64,000 nt of DNA from Vulcanimicrobiota bacterium (GTDB lineage: Bacteria > Vulcanimicrobiota > Vulcanimicrobiia > Vulcanimicrobiales > Vulcanimicrobiaceae). The stretch is from the NCBI GenBank assembly GCA_963695225.1, contig OY968762.1, positions 1,952,001 to 2,016,000 of the forward strand. The letters are read 5' to 3'. Below, one piece after another: positions 47,580 through 57,564 of this stretch (the stretch's first letter is position 1; each line of letters opens with the position of its first letter). A program made the position numbers and the translations under genes. The notes beneath the pieces are model-generated. The model was not told the origin of the DNA. It did no database searches and saw only the letters and a list, made by a program, of their open reading frames with translations.

Positions 47580-50500
47580 GCACCGGTTCCTCCGAGGTCG
47601 TTTCGATCGGCGCCAGATCCGCCGAGATCACACTCGATATTCCCGGTTCCGCCATCGTGACGCCGTACATGCGCTGCGCCAGCTCCATCGTCTTCTTATT
47701 GTGGGTGACGAGCAGCAATTGGGCGGCGCTCGCAACTTCGCGCACGATCGCGGAGAAGCGCTCGACGTTCGCGTCGTCGAGCGCCGCATCGACTTCGTCC
47801 AGCAAATAGAACGGCGACGGCTTCACCTTGATGAGCGCGAAGATCAACGCGGCCGCCGTCATCGCGCGCTCGCCGCCCGAGAGCGCGGCGAGGTAGGCCA
47901 TCTTCTTTCCCGGCGGCTGCACGGAGATCTCGATCCCGGTCTCGGCGAGGTCCGTGGGATTCGTCTGCCACATCTTCGCCTCGCCGCCGGGAAATAGGCG
48001 CGGGAACATCTTCTCGAACTCCGTCTGCACGGAGGAGAAGACCGCGTTGAACTGTTCCTGCGAGGTGGACTCGATCTCTTTGATGCTCGCGAGCAGCGTT
48101 TCGCGCGCGCGGGCGAGATCGTCGAGCTGTTCGCGCAGGAAACGCTCGCGTTCGACGAGCTCCTCGATCTCCGCCTCCGCGTTCAAGTTGACGTTCTGCA
48201 AGCGCCCGAGGTCCTCGCGCAAGCGCGCGATCTCGGCCGCGAACTCCCCGTCGTCGCGCGCGTACCGCGCCTCGACCTCGGCGCACTCGTCGGCGGTTGC
48301 CGGATTCTGCGCGAACTGCGCGGCGAGCATCCCGAGCTCCGCGTCGATCTCGGCCAGACGCAGGCGCGCGGATTCGCTCGCGCCGGCGCTCTCCCGTTCG
48401 GCGCTCCGGGCCAGGCGAAGTTGCGCGTCGAGCTCGGCGGCGCGCGCCGTCATCGCGTCGCGTTCGCGCTTCCCGGCCTCACCCGCGCTCGCGCTCTCGG
48501 CGACGAGGCGCCGGGCGTCCTCGAGCGCGCGCTCCGTCGCCGCGATCTGCTCCCCGATCGAGCCGAGCTCCGCGGTCATCGCATCCCGCGCGGCCGTGGC
48601 CCGCGCCCGGTCGGCATCGAGCATTTCCAGGCGCGAACGGGCTGCGTCCCCCTGGGCGACGAGCGCCGCGAGCGCCTCCCGCCGGGCGCCGATTCGCGCG
48701 GCGAGGCCGCGCTCCGCATCCTGCGCGCGTGCGATCCCCTCGCGCGCAGCAGCGAGCTCCGATTCGAGCCGCTCGCGATCGACGACTGCGCCCGCGGGAT
48801 CGGCGGCGGGGCGCTCGAGCGCCCCCAATTTGTCTCTCGCGACGGCGACTTCGGCGCTCCGCGCGGTCGCGCGGGCCAGCGTCTGCGCGACTTCCGCTTC
48901 GATGCGCGCGTGCTCCGCGACGAGGCCCGCGTGCTTGGAGCCGGCGTCGCGCAGCGCGATCGCCAGCTCGCCCGCGACGCGCCTGCGCTCGTCGCGTTCG
49001 CGCAACGCCGCTGCGTTCGCATCGGCGGCCGAGAGCGCCGCGCTCTCCGCCCGCGCGTGCGCCTCTCGAAGCTTCGGGAGCTGCTCGCGCAGGGTTTCGA
49101 GTTGGGCCCGGCGCGAGAGGATCGAGCGTTCGCGGCGGTAGCGGCCGCCGGTCATCGCTCCGCCGCCGGAGATCTGGTCGCCCTCGAGCGTGACGATCGT
49201 GTCGCGGAACGGCTCGCTTCCGTCGCGGGGGCGAACGAGGCGAATGCCGACGTCGAGATGGTCGACGACGAGGATTCGGCCGACGAGGAACGCGACGATC
49301 CCGGCGAATTGCGGCTGCGTTTCGACGAGCGCGTGCGCGAAACCGATCACGCCCGCAACGCGCGGCGCGCTTCGCGGATCCCGCCCCGTCCGGCTCCCGA
49401 GCGTGTCGAGCGGCAGGAACGTCGCGCGGCCCAGTTCGTTCGCGCGCAGATACTCGATTGCGCGTTGCGCGTGCTCCGCCGTCTCGGTGACGATATTCGA
49501 AAGCCCGGCGCCGAACGCGGCGTCGAGCGCACGCGCGTAGCGCTCGTCGACCCGGATCAGGTTGGAAACGACGCCGTAGATGCCGTCGAGCCCGCCGCGC
49601 CCCTGCGCTTCCAAAACCGCGCGCGTCCCGGGGATGTGCCCTTCGAGGTTCGCTTCGAGCTCCTCGAGCGTGTGCGAGCGCGCCTCGGCCCCGGCGAGCT
49701 CCGCCGCCGCCGCGCGCAACGCAGCCTGCGCTGCGGCGAGCGCCTCGGCGGCTTCGGCGCCGCGTTCGTCGGCGAGCCGCGCTGCCTCGTGCACGCCGTG
49801 CGCGCGCGCTTGCACGCGCGAAAGCTCCTCGCGAGCGCGCTCGACCTCGTGCGCCGTAGTCGCGGCCCGCTCGCTCTTGTGACGCGCTTCCTCGCGCAAG
49901 GCGTCCGTCTCGCGCTCGAGACGCTCGTACTCGGCCTGCGCCGCTTGCAGCTGCGCTCGCCGTTCCGCTTCGTTCGCGGCGACGGCGGCGGCGAGCGCCT
50001 CGACTTCGCGCAGCGCACCGAAGACGCGATCGAGCTCCGCGCGCGCGGCGGCGACTTCGCTCTGCGCGTCGCGCTCGAGTTCCCGTTCGCGTTCGAGCGC
50101 GAGTTGGAGCGGCTCGAGCTTCGCCTCGAGTTCGGCGATCGACCCTTCGAGGGCGGCGCGCTCGGCGATCGCGCGCTCGCGGTCGTCGGTGACGGCGGCC
50201 GATTGGTTCCCGATCGCATCGCGGCGCGCGACGAGCGCCGCCTGTTGCGCCTCCAGCTCCGCCAGCCGCGCGCGCGCGGCGTTGACGGCATCGCGCGCGT
50301 TCTCGAGCGCGAGCTCGTGCGCGTAGAGCGCGCCCCGCAGCCCCGCGAGCTCGGCGTCGAGCGCCGCAGCCCGGGCCGACGCGCCCGTCCGTTCGGCTTC
50401 CAGCCGGTCGAGGCCGGCCTGCAGCGCGTCGCGTTCCGCGCGCCGCGACGAACTCGCCCTTAGGTAGGATAGGATCTCGAGATCGCGCAGCCGGGCCGTC

Positions 50501-51156
50501 GCCCTTCGGAAGCGCTTCGCACGCCGCGCTTGCGTTTCGAGTTCCGGGATGCGCGCCGCGATCTCGGTCAGCACGTCGTTGACGCGAATCGCATTCTGTT
50601 CGGTTTGCTCGAGGCGCCGCAACGATTCGTTCTTGCGCGCCAGGAAGCGATTGATGCCCGCGGCCTCGTCGAAGAGCGAGCGCCGCTCTGCGGGCTTGGC
50701 CGAGAGGATCGCGTCGATCTGCCCTTGCGAGACGATCGCATACGAACCCGGACCGAGACCCGTCCCCATCAGCAGCTCGACGACGTCGCGCAAGCGCACT
50801 TGCCGGCGGTTGATGTAATACTCGCCGCTCTCGCCCGCCCGATACGCGCGCCGCGTGATCTGAACCTCGGCGGCGTCGATCTTCAAGAGGCCCGCGTCGT
50901 TCTCGAACGTCAGCTCGACTTCCGCCATGCCGAGCGGCTTGCGCCGCTCGTTCCCGGCGAAGATCACGTCCTCGGTCTTCGTCGACCGAAGGCTCTTCGA
51001 GCTCTGCTCGCCGAGAACCCAACGGATCGCATCGACGAGGTTCGACTTTCCCGAACCGTTCGGGCCGACGAGCGCCGTGATGCCCGGCTCGAATTGCAGC
51101 GTCGTCTGCTCGGCAAACGTCTTGAAGCCGAACAGCTTGAGCGACTTGAGTCTCAA
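47569..51156 (-). CDS. smc: Chromosome segregation protein SMC
   Basis: GFKTF, GPNGSGKSN, coiled coils, hinge GRATFLPL, LSGGE, LDEVDAALD motifs. Confidence 0.98.
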   Translation of the reverse strand: MRLKSLKLFGFKTFAEQTTLQFEPGITALVGPNGSGKSNLVDAIRWVLGEQSSKSLRSTKTEDVIFAGNERRKPLGMAEVELTFENDAGLLKIDAAEVQITRRAYRAGESGEYYINRRQVRLRDVVELLMGTGLGPGSYAIVSQGQIDAILSAKPAERRSLFDEAAGINRFLARKNESLRRLEQTEQNAIRVNDVLTEIAARIPELETQARRAKRFRRATARLRDLEILSYLRASSSRRAERDALQAGLDRLEAERTGASARAAALDAELAGLRGALYAHELALENARDAVNAARARLAELEAQQAALVARRDAIGNQSAAVTDDRERAIAERAALEGSIAELEAKLEPLQLALERERELERDAQSEVAAARAELDRVFGALREVEALAAAVAANEAERRAQLQAAQAEYERLERETDALREEARHKSERAATTAHEVERAREELSRVQARAHGVHEAARLADERGAEAAEALAAAQAALRAAAAELAGAEARSHTLEELEANLEGHIPGTRAVLEAQGRGGLDGIYGVVSNLIRVDERYARALDAAFGAGLSNIVTETAEHAQRAIEYLRANELGRATFLPLDTLGSRTGRDPRSAPRVAGVIGFAHALVETQPQFAGIVAFLVGRILVVDHLDVGIRLVRPRDGSEPFRDTIVTLEGDQISGGGAMTGGRYRRERSILSRRAQLETLREQLPKLREAHARAESAALSAADANAAALRERDERRRVAGELAIALRDAGSKHAGLVAEHARIEAEVAQTLARATARSAEVAVARDKLGALERPAADPAGAVVDRERLESELAAAREGIARAQDAERGLAARIGARREALAALVAQGDAARSRLEMLDADRARATAARDAMTAELGSIGEQIAATERALEDARRLVAESASAGEAGKRERDAMTARAAELDAQLRLARSAERESAGASESARLRLAEIDAELGMLAAQFAQNPATADECAEVEARYARDDGEFAAEIARLREDLGRLQNVNLNAEAEIEELVERERFLREQLDDLARARETLLASIKEIESTSQEQFNAVFSSVQTEFEKMFPRLFPGGEAKMWQTNPTDLAETGIEISVQPPGKKMAYLAALSGGERAMTAAALIFALIKVKPSPFYLLDEVDAALDDANVERFSAIVREVASAAQLLLVTHNKKTMELAQRMYGVTMAEPGISSVISADLAPIETTSEEPVLAS

Positions 51157-51959
51157 GGGCGTGCCGTCTTCGCGTTCGCGCGGGGTCGCCGGCGAGGCCC
51201 TTGCGCTCGCGCGGCGGCGGCCGGCTCGGGGCGGCTCATCGCCGCGAGGTCCGGTACGTCGTCGTGGGTCGCGCGCAGGCGTTCCAAAGCGCGGGCGGCG
51301 GCTGTGCGCTGCGCGATCTTCTTCGTCGAGCCCGCTCCCTCGGCCAGGACCTCCTTATCGACGACGACGTGCGCGACGAACGTACGCTCGTGCGGCGGGC
51401 CTTCCGCGCGCTCGCGATAGACCGGCGTCGTCGCGTAATGCTTCTGCGTCCACTCCTGCAGCACGGTCTTCGGATCGTTCCATGCGAGGCCGGCGGCGAC
51501 GTTGGGCTCGACGTGCTCGCGCACGACGAAGGCGCTCGTCTCCGCGGGGCCGACGAGGCCGTGGAGCGTCGCGACGAACGCTTCGAACGCATCGCCGAGC
51601 GAGGAGCGGCGGCGCGCCTCGGGGAGATTCGCCAGCCCCGCGCCGTACACGATCAACGAATCGAAGCCGAGCCGCTCCGCGGTGCGGGCGTTCGCTTCGT
51701 CGCTCACCAGCGCGGCTTTGCGCAACGCGAGTTCGCCTTCGCGCGCTTCGGGGAACGCATCGCATAGCCAACGCGCGACGATCATGCCCAAGATCGCGTC
51801 GCCCAAGAACTCCAGACGTTCGTTCGAGCGCTCCGCCGCGTTTTCGCGGACCGCGCTCTCGTGGACGAATGCCGGCTCGATTTGCGCCGGCTCGATTCCC
51901 TTGAGATCTAATCGCGACAGGAGCGCGCGCAAGCGCGCGCGGCGCTGCTCTCCCGCCAT
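51153..51959 (-). CDS. rnc: Ribonuclease III
   Basis: NERLEFLGDAIL signature; dsRBD DPKTVLQE. Confidence 0.97.
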   Translation of the reverse strand: MAGEQRRARLRALLSRLDLKGIEPAQIEPAFVHESAVRENAAERSNERLEFLGDAILGMIVARWLCDAFPEAREGELALRKAALVSDEANARTAERLGFDSLIVYGAGLANLPEARRRSSLGDAFEAFVATLHGLVGPAETSAFVVREHVEPNVAAGLAWNDPKTVLQEWTQKHYATTPVYRERAEGPPHERTFVAHVVVDKEVLAEGAGSTKKIAQRTAAARALERLRATHDDVPDLAAMSRPEPAAAARAQGPRRRPRANAKTARP

Positions 51960-53203
51960 CAGGCGTGCTTGCCGAACACGATCACGCTGTTGTGACCGCC
52001 GAAACCAAACGAGTTCGAGATCGCAACGCGCACGGGCGCTTTGCGCGCGACGTTCGGAACGTAGTCGAGCGTGCATTCCGGATCCGGAAAATCGTAGTTG
52101 ATCGTCGGCGGCATGATGTCGTTGTAGACCGCGAGGACCGTCGCCACGCCCTCGATCGCGGCGGCCGCACCGAGCGCGTGGCCGTGCATGCTCTTCGTCG
52201 AGCTGACCGCAAAACGATGCCCTTCGACGCCGAGGATCGCGCCGACCGCATTCGATTCGGCCGGATCGCCGATCGGCGTCGAAGTCCCGTGAGCGTTGAC
52301 GTAATCGACCTCGACGGGCGAAACGTTCGCGTTGCGGAGCGCCCGCCGCAGCGCGAGCTCGACGCCCGTTCCCGTCGGATCGACCGCGACGAGATCGTAC
52401 GCGTCGGCGGATTGGCCGTATCCCAGGACTTCGGCGTAGATCCGCGCGCCGCGTGCGAGCGCGAATTCGCGTTCCTCGAAGACGAGGATCGCGCCGCCTT
52501 CCGCCATCACGAAGCCGTCGCGTTCCCGGTCGAACGGCCGGCTCGCCTTCTCGGGCTCGTCGTTGCGCGTGGACATCGCCTTCATCGAGCAGAAGCCGCC
52601 CATCGCGACGTCCGTGATCGTCGCCTCGGCGCCCCCTGCGAGCATCGCGACGGCCTGACCGTACGCGATCGTCTGATAGGCGACCGCCATCGCATCGTTC
52701 GAACTCGCGCAGGCGCTTGCGACCGAGAAGATCGGGCCGCGCAGCTTATGGCGCATCGAGATCTGCGCCGAAGCCGCGTTCCCCATGAGCATCGGAACGA
52801 AGAGCGGGGTGACGCGCTTGGCCGTACCCAACTCCCGGGCTTTCGTCACGGTATCTTGCAGCGTGATGATGCCGCCGATGCCGCTCGCGACGATCGCACC
52901 CGTTTCCGTGCGCACGTCCGGATCTTCGGGGAAGTTCGCATCGACGATGGCTTCGAGCGCCGCCGCATAGGCGAATTGGGCGTAGCGATCCATGCGCCGC
53001 GCCTCGCGCTTGCCGATCACCTCGTCGGCGTCGAATCCCTTGACTTCGGCCGCGATCTGCGTCCTGAGATCGCTCGGGTCGAACGCCGCGATCGGAGCGA
53101 CGCCGCTCTTCCCCGCGATCAGCGCCTGCCAGAATTCGCCGTGCGTGTTGCCGAGCGGCGTGACCGCTCCCAGACCCGTGACGACGACGCGTTTCTTATC
53201 CAA
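51959..53203 (-). CDS. fabF: Beta-ketoacyl-ACP synthase II
   Basis: RVVVTGLG, SACAS, SRPFD..RDGFV, NAHGTST, STKSMHGH, NSFGFGG motifs. Confidence 0.97.
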   Translation of the reverse strand: MDKKRVVVTGLGAVTPLGNTHGEFWQALIAGKSGVAPIAAFDPSDLRTQIAAEVKGFDADEVIGKREARRMDRYAQFAYAAALEAIVDANFPEDPDVRTETGAIVASGIGGIITLQDTVTKARELGTAKRVTPLFVPMLMGNAASAQISMRHKLRGPIFSVASACASSNDAMAVAYQTIAYGQAVAMLAGGAEATITDVAMGGFCSMKAMSTRNDEPEKASRPFDRERDGFVMAEGGAILVFEEREFALARGARIYAEVLGYGQSADAYDLVAVDPTGTGVELALRRALRNANVSPVEVDYVNAHGTSTPIGDPAESNAVGAILGVEGHRFAVSSTKSMHGHALGAAAAIEGVATVLAVYNDIMPPTINYDFPDPECTLDYVPNVARKAPVRVAISNSFGFGGHNSVIVFGKHA

Positions 53204-53425
53204 AACCTCGCGCTTTGCTCCTAGGGACGTGAAATGAGGCGGCCGGCAGCGACCGCCCCCATGAAAGGCCTCCGAACACTATCGCCTGGCCTCGCCTTTA
53301 CCCTCCCGGGAGCCGAAGCGAATGAGGCGCGATGCGCCGGCCGGGGCGGGCTCGGCGGCCGTCGAAAGCGCCGGCATGCAGAGCAGCAAGCGGACCGAAC
53401 GCCTTAGAACGAAGGAGGAAGCGCC

Positions 53426-54457
53426 GTGACGGAGGTGCCGGCCGGACGCATCATCGTGACCGGAGCCTCCGGCTTCATCGGAAGCGCGACGATCTGGGCG
53501 CTCAACCGCGCCGGGCACGACGACGTGATCGCCTGCGACCGCCTCAACCGCACCGAGAAGTGGCGCAACCTGGTTCCGCTTCGGTTCCGGGATTACGTCG
53601 AAGCCGACGACCTGCTCGGCCGGTTCGCAGAGCGCGGGGACGCTTTCGGCGACGTCTCGACGATCGTCCACCTCGGCGCGCGCTCGGCGACGACGGAGAC
53701 GGACTCGCACTTGCTGATCCGCACGAACTATGAGTTCACGAAGGCGCTCGCCGCCGCGGCGCTCGCCCGGGGGATCCGCTTCGTCTACGCCTCGAGCGCG
53801 GCGACGTACGGCGCGCTCGAGAGCGGACTCGACGAAGGCCGCCCGCTTTCGACCCTGAGACCCTTGAACATGTACGCCTACTCGAAGCAACTCTTCGATC
53901 GATATGCCGAGCAGCACGGCTTCCTCGACCGGATCGTCGGAATCAAATTCTTTAACGTATTCGGCCCGAACGAAGCGCACAAGGGCGATATGCGCAGCGT
54001 CGTCGCCAAGGCGTTCGACCAGATCGCCGCGGGCGGCGCCGTCAAGCTTTTCAGGAGCCACCGCCCCGACTTCCGCGACGGCGAACAGCGGCGGGACTTC
54101 ATTTACGTCAAGGACGCCGTTGCGATGACGCTCTCGCTCGCCGCGCATCCCTCCGCGGGCGGAATCTACAACGTCGGCTCCGGCCGCGCCTCGACCTGGC
54201 TCGAGCTGATCCGCCCCGTCTTCGCCGCGCTCGGCCGCCCGGAAAGCATCGAGTTCGTCGACATGCCCGAGCACCTGCGCGCGAAGTACCAATACTCGAC
54301 CCGCGCCTCGATCGAGCGCGTACGCGCGAGCGGATACCGCGCCGAACTGACCCCGCTCGCCGAGGCCGTCACCGAGTACGTCCGCGACTACCTCATCGGC
54401 GATCGCCGGCTCGATCCCCTAGCAGGCGAACCGGCACCGCACGCGCTGGAGCGCTAG
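53426..54457 (+). CDS. hldD: ADP-L-glycero-D-manno-heptose 6-epimerase
   Basis: TGASGFIGS, HLGA.SATTE, YASSAATYG, PLNMYAYSK, FNVFGPNE.HKG.M.S, KYQY motifs. Confidence 0.95.
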   Translation: MTEVPAGRIIVTGASGFIGSATIWALNRAGHDDVIACDRLNRTEKWRNLVPLRFRDYVEADDLLGRFAERGDAFGDVSTIVHLGARSATTETDSHLLIRTNYEFTKALAAAALARGIRFVYASSAATYGALESGLDEGRPLSTLRPLNMYAYSKQLFDRYAEQHGFLDRIVGIKFFNVFGPNEAHKGDMRSVVAKAFDQIAAGGAVKLFRSHRPDFRDGEQRRDFIYVKDAVAMTLSLAAHPSAGGIYNVGSGRASTWLELIRPVFAALGRPESIEFVDMPEHLRAKYQYSTRASIERVRASGYRAELTPLAEAVTEYVRDYLIGDRRLDPLAGEPAPHALER

Positions 54458-55350
54458 CCCCCCGTCACGATCGCAACCGCGGCGTAGTAGACCCCTTTCG
54501 GCTGGTATGCCGCGCTCACGAGACCGTACGGCTCTCCGAAATTTGGGCCCACCCCTGCCGTGCCGTCGCGAAACTCCGCCCACACGAGCGTCGGAAGGCC
54601 GAGTTCGCGGTGCAGGTACCACATCTGACGGAAGAAGGCGGGTTGATCGAGCAGGTCCGGGACCGTGGTCTCCGTCGTGTGCAAGCCTATTCCGGGGGGA
54701 AGCGCGGCCTGCGCCTGAATGTACTCGGTCCGGGCGTAGCCCGGCGCCTTGTAGCTGTGGACCGCGCAGCCGTTCGCCACGTCGAAGACGCCGTTTCCGC
54801 GCAGCTGCTGAATCCACCCGAGGTCGACGCCGCTCGTCCCGCCGGACCACACGTCTCTCGCCCCGGCGGAGCGCAGCGCGGTCGCTGCAGCGATCGCCAG
54901 CCGCGAGTAGGCCGCCGGATCCGGCGCGGCGCCCCAGTACGACTCGAGATTCGGCTCGTTCCACAGCTCCCAGATCGGGTTGAAGGCCGCGTAGCGCGCT
55001 TGCATCGCGGCGCACCGCCGGGCGTAGTCCGCAACGTCGACCGGCTGCGCGGCGTACGGCGAAAGCATGATGACGCGCAACCCGCCCGCCGCCGTCGCCG
55101 CGAACATGGCGTCGTAATAAGAGAGATCCAGGCTGCCGTCGACGCGCACGTGCGTTCCGCCGCAGGCGGCGATCAATCCGACCGCCCGGGAGAGGTCGTC
55201 GCTACCGTAGATCTGGACCCCGAACGCCGTCGGCTTGGACGGGGAACCGGGAGTAGGATCGATCGTCGGGGCCCAGTCCGGAGCAGTGCAGGCGGAGACC
55301 CCCGTGGCTGAAAGCAGCGCGAGGCCCTTGAGAGCATCGGATCGTTTCAT
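54454..55350 (-). CDS. Clan GH-A glycoside hydrolase-like lipoprotein
   Basis: Lipobox VSAC; WELWNEPN acid/base motif; AVHSY; HTTET nucleophile-like segment; YGL. Confidence 0.75.
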   Translation of the reverse strand: MKRSDALKGLALLSATGVSACTAPDWAPTIDPTPGSPSKPTAFGVQIYGSDDLSRAVGLIAACGGTHVRVDGSLDLSYYDAMFAATAAGGLRVIMLSPYAAQPVDVADYARRCAAMQARYAAFNPIWELWNEPNLESYWGAAPDPAAYSRLAIAAATALRSAGARDVWSGGTSGVDLGWIQQLRGNGVFDVANGCAVHSYKAPGYARTEYIQAQAALPPGIGLHTTETTVPDLLDQPAFFRQMWYLHRELGLPTLVWAEFRDGTAGVGPNFGEPYGLVSAAYQPKGVYYAAVAIVTGG

Positions 55351-55726
55351 TTGGTTGCGCACGTACCCCGGCAAAACGGCGAGAACGGCCGCCGTCACGT
55401 TGACGGCTGCTTTCCGCCGACGTTGGACGCCGCTCCTCCGCTTTCCGCGACGCCGAGGCGTGTCAAGCCACTTCAGGATGTTACCAGGCGCTTGATCGTC
55501 GCGCCATTTGAAATGCTACCCGGTGCGGGCCTCGCGGCGCGGATCGCAGCGAGCCGGCGCTCGCTCTGCCCAGCGGCGGCGTAGCGAGAACGCATGTTGA
55601 GCAGGTATTCCCTGCGCGCTTTGAGGACCCATCGCCCCGGCTTCGCCGAAGGCGCCGCCCGGTTACATCCCCAGTGGCGCGACGATAGCCCCCACGGTAA
55701 CATTTTAGCTGGCGCGATGCGCGAGG

Positions 55727-57121
55727 TGTTAGCGCAAAGCGCTGATGTCCGGTTTCTGCAAAGCAGAAATGTCCGGTTCAGGCTGTTGGGGAGGGTAGGC
55801 GGAAGGTCTTCCAAGGATGGTCGGCGGCGGGTTTCCGGACCTTCCTCGGGTCGGTGATGCGGCGGTCCAGGTGGGCGTTGAGGTCCTTTGCTCCCACGAT
55901 CGGTGCGTTGCGAAGGAGCTTGCCTGCCTGCTCGGCGGCGAGGGTATGATCGCCGTGTCGAACGGTCATGCGTCCGTCGGGGTGGCGCCGGATGAGGATC
56001 CGTGAGCCCGCGGCGAGTTGGCGTCGGCTGTAGGGGTCGACGAGCTTGAAGCAGGCGTCGTCGAGCTGGAACATGAGGTTTCTCGTGACGACGCGTTCGT
56101 CGTGTCGGCACAAGATGTCGTCCAGGCGGAAACCCTCGATGCTGCGATGGACGTCCTCCGCGTCGGCGGCCGCAACGGCAAAACGCGTATTGTGATCCGC
56201 GATGAAGCGTGGCAGGAACGCATTGGCCTGTTCGATGGTCGCGATGCTCTCGAGGCGCATGCTCTTGATGAGGCGATCTTGGAAGGTTCGGTTGGCGCGC
56301 TCGATGCGGCCCTTAGCCTGCGGCGAGTTGGCGCAGATAAGTTCAATGTCGAGTTGGTCGAGAGCGCGGTGGAGTTGGGTGGTGATGGCGCTGTCGGTGC
56401 TCGAGCCGGAATACCGAAAAATGCTGTGTTTATCGGTGTATGCGGCGTGGAAGCGACCATAGTTTGCGATGAAGGGCGAGCAGCCGATAGTAACCCTCGG
56501 TCGTCTCGGCGAGCTCGAAGAGTCCGGCCGTCACGCGGCTGGTTGCGTCGTCGATGGCGAGCAACAAGGTGCAACTCGGGCCGCGTTCTTCAAACCACTC
56601 GTGCGGGGAGCCATCCATTTGCACGAGTTCTCCGAAGCGCGGGCGACGCCGCCGGAGCGGATGCACGTTGCGCCGGCGCTGTTTGGCCCTCCAGAGGTGT
56701 TGCTCGACGAGAAACGCCCGCAGCCACTCCCGGCTCACGGTAATCCCATCACGCTCGGCGAGGGTTTGGGCCAAGAACGTGGGTCCAAAGCCGCGATACT
56801 CCCCCCGATAGCGCTCGAGAACGGCCGCTCGGGTTTCATCGCCAACCCGATTGTTGGGGACGGCGCCGCGGCGTTTGGAGAGGACGCCTTGCGGCCCGTG
56901 ACGCTCGAAGGCCCGGACGAGGCGCCTGACTTGTCGCTCGGAGATCCCGAGCTTCCTGGCCGCTTGGGCCTGGGTGAGAGCGCCGTCAGCGATTCGCTGG
57001 AGGGTCCGCAGACGGTCCTGTTCGGCAGGGGACATAACAAGCAGCTCCATCGGGGAGCCCCTTGGCCGGACCGGACATTTCTGCTTTGCACGGGACCGGA
57101 CATCTGTGCTTTGCTCCTACA
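55727..57121 (-). mobile_element. IS1202-family (formerly ISNCY) insertion sequence, 1395 bp, with 15-bp target duplication
   Basis: TGT...ACA ends; imperfect IRs each with two GCAAAGC...ATGTCCGGT units; GCGCGATGCGCGAGG at 55712-55726 and 57122-57136. Confidence 0.9.
55778..57050 (-). pseudogene. DDE transposase, frameshifted near 56474
   Basis: HTH and GELVQMDGSPH.WFE, IDDAT in one frame; YTDKHSIF, SPQAKGRIER, PAADHPW in another. Confidence 0.88.
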
Positions 57122-57136
57122 GCGCGATGCGCGAGG

Positions 57137-57165
57137 TTGATCTCGACCCCGCGCCTTGCTATAAT
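57137..57165 (+). promoter_or_regulatory. sigma70 promoter of rpmA
   Basis: TTGATC-17 nt-TATAAT with extended TG; ATG 9 nt downstream. Confidence 0.85.
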
Positions 57166-57174
57166 CCCGTGGCT

Positions 57175-57450
57175 ATGTTCACGTTCGATCTCCAGCTTTT
57201 CGCGTCCAAGAAGGGCGCAGGCTCCACCCGCAACGGGCGCGACTCGAATTCTCAGCGGCTCGGCGTCAAGCGCTTCGGCGGGCAGGCCGTCGTCGCGGGG
57301 AACATCATCGTCCGCCAGCGTGGGACGCAGTTCTACCCGGGCGACGGCGTCGGAATGGGGACGGATCATACGCTCTTCGCGCTCGTCGACGGGACGGTTC
57401 ACTTCTCCGAGCGCCGCAACCGCAAGCACGTCAACGTCGTCGCCGCGTAG
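57175..57450 (+). CDS. rpmA: 50S ribosomal protein L27 with N-terminal extension
   Basis: [44 protein letters not shown] motifs. Confidence 0.97.
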   Translation: MFTFDLQLFASKKGAGSTRNGRDSNSQRLGVKRFGGQAVVAGNIIVRQRGTQFYPGDGVGMGTDHTLFALVDGTVHFSERRNRKHVNVVAA

Positions 57451-57475
57451 CGCGCTCGCGCTCGGGGACCTCGCG

Positions 57476-57500
57476 GAGGGCGCAGCGGCGCCCTCTTTTT
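57476..57500 (+). terminator. Rho-independent terminator after rpmA
   Basis: GAGGGCGC-AGCG-GCGCCCTC followed by TTTTT. Confidence 0.8.
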
Positions 57501-57564
57501 CATTTCCGGCGCCGCCCCGCTGCGGGGTGCGAGTCACCGGCAACCGAACGGGGCCAGTTTAGAG

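Noticed and set aside
55473..55711. Remnant of rplU or prp left of the IS
   Set aside because: The ORF-track translations here show no L21 or Prp motifs
55690..55730. dif/XerCD site as the IS target
   Set aside because: No recognisable XerC/XerD arms, and the dif-targeting subgroup makes short duplications, unlike the 15 bp seen
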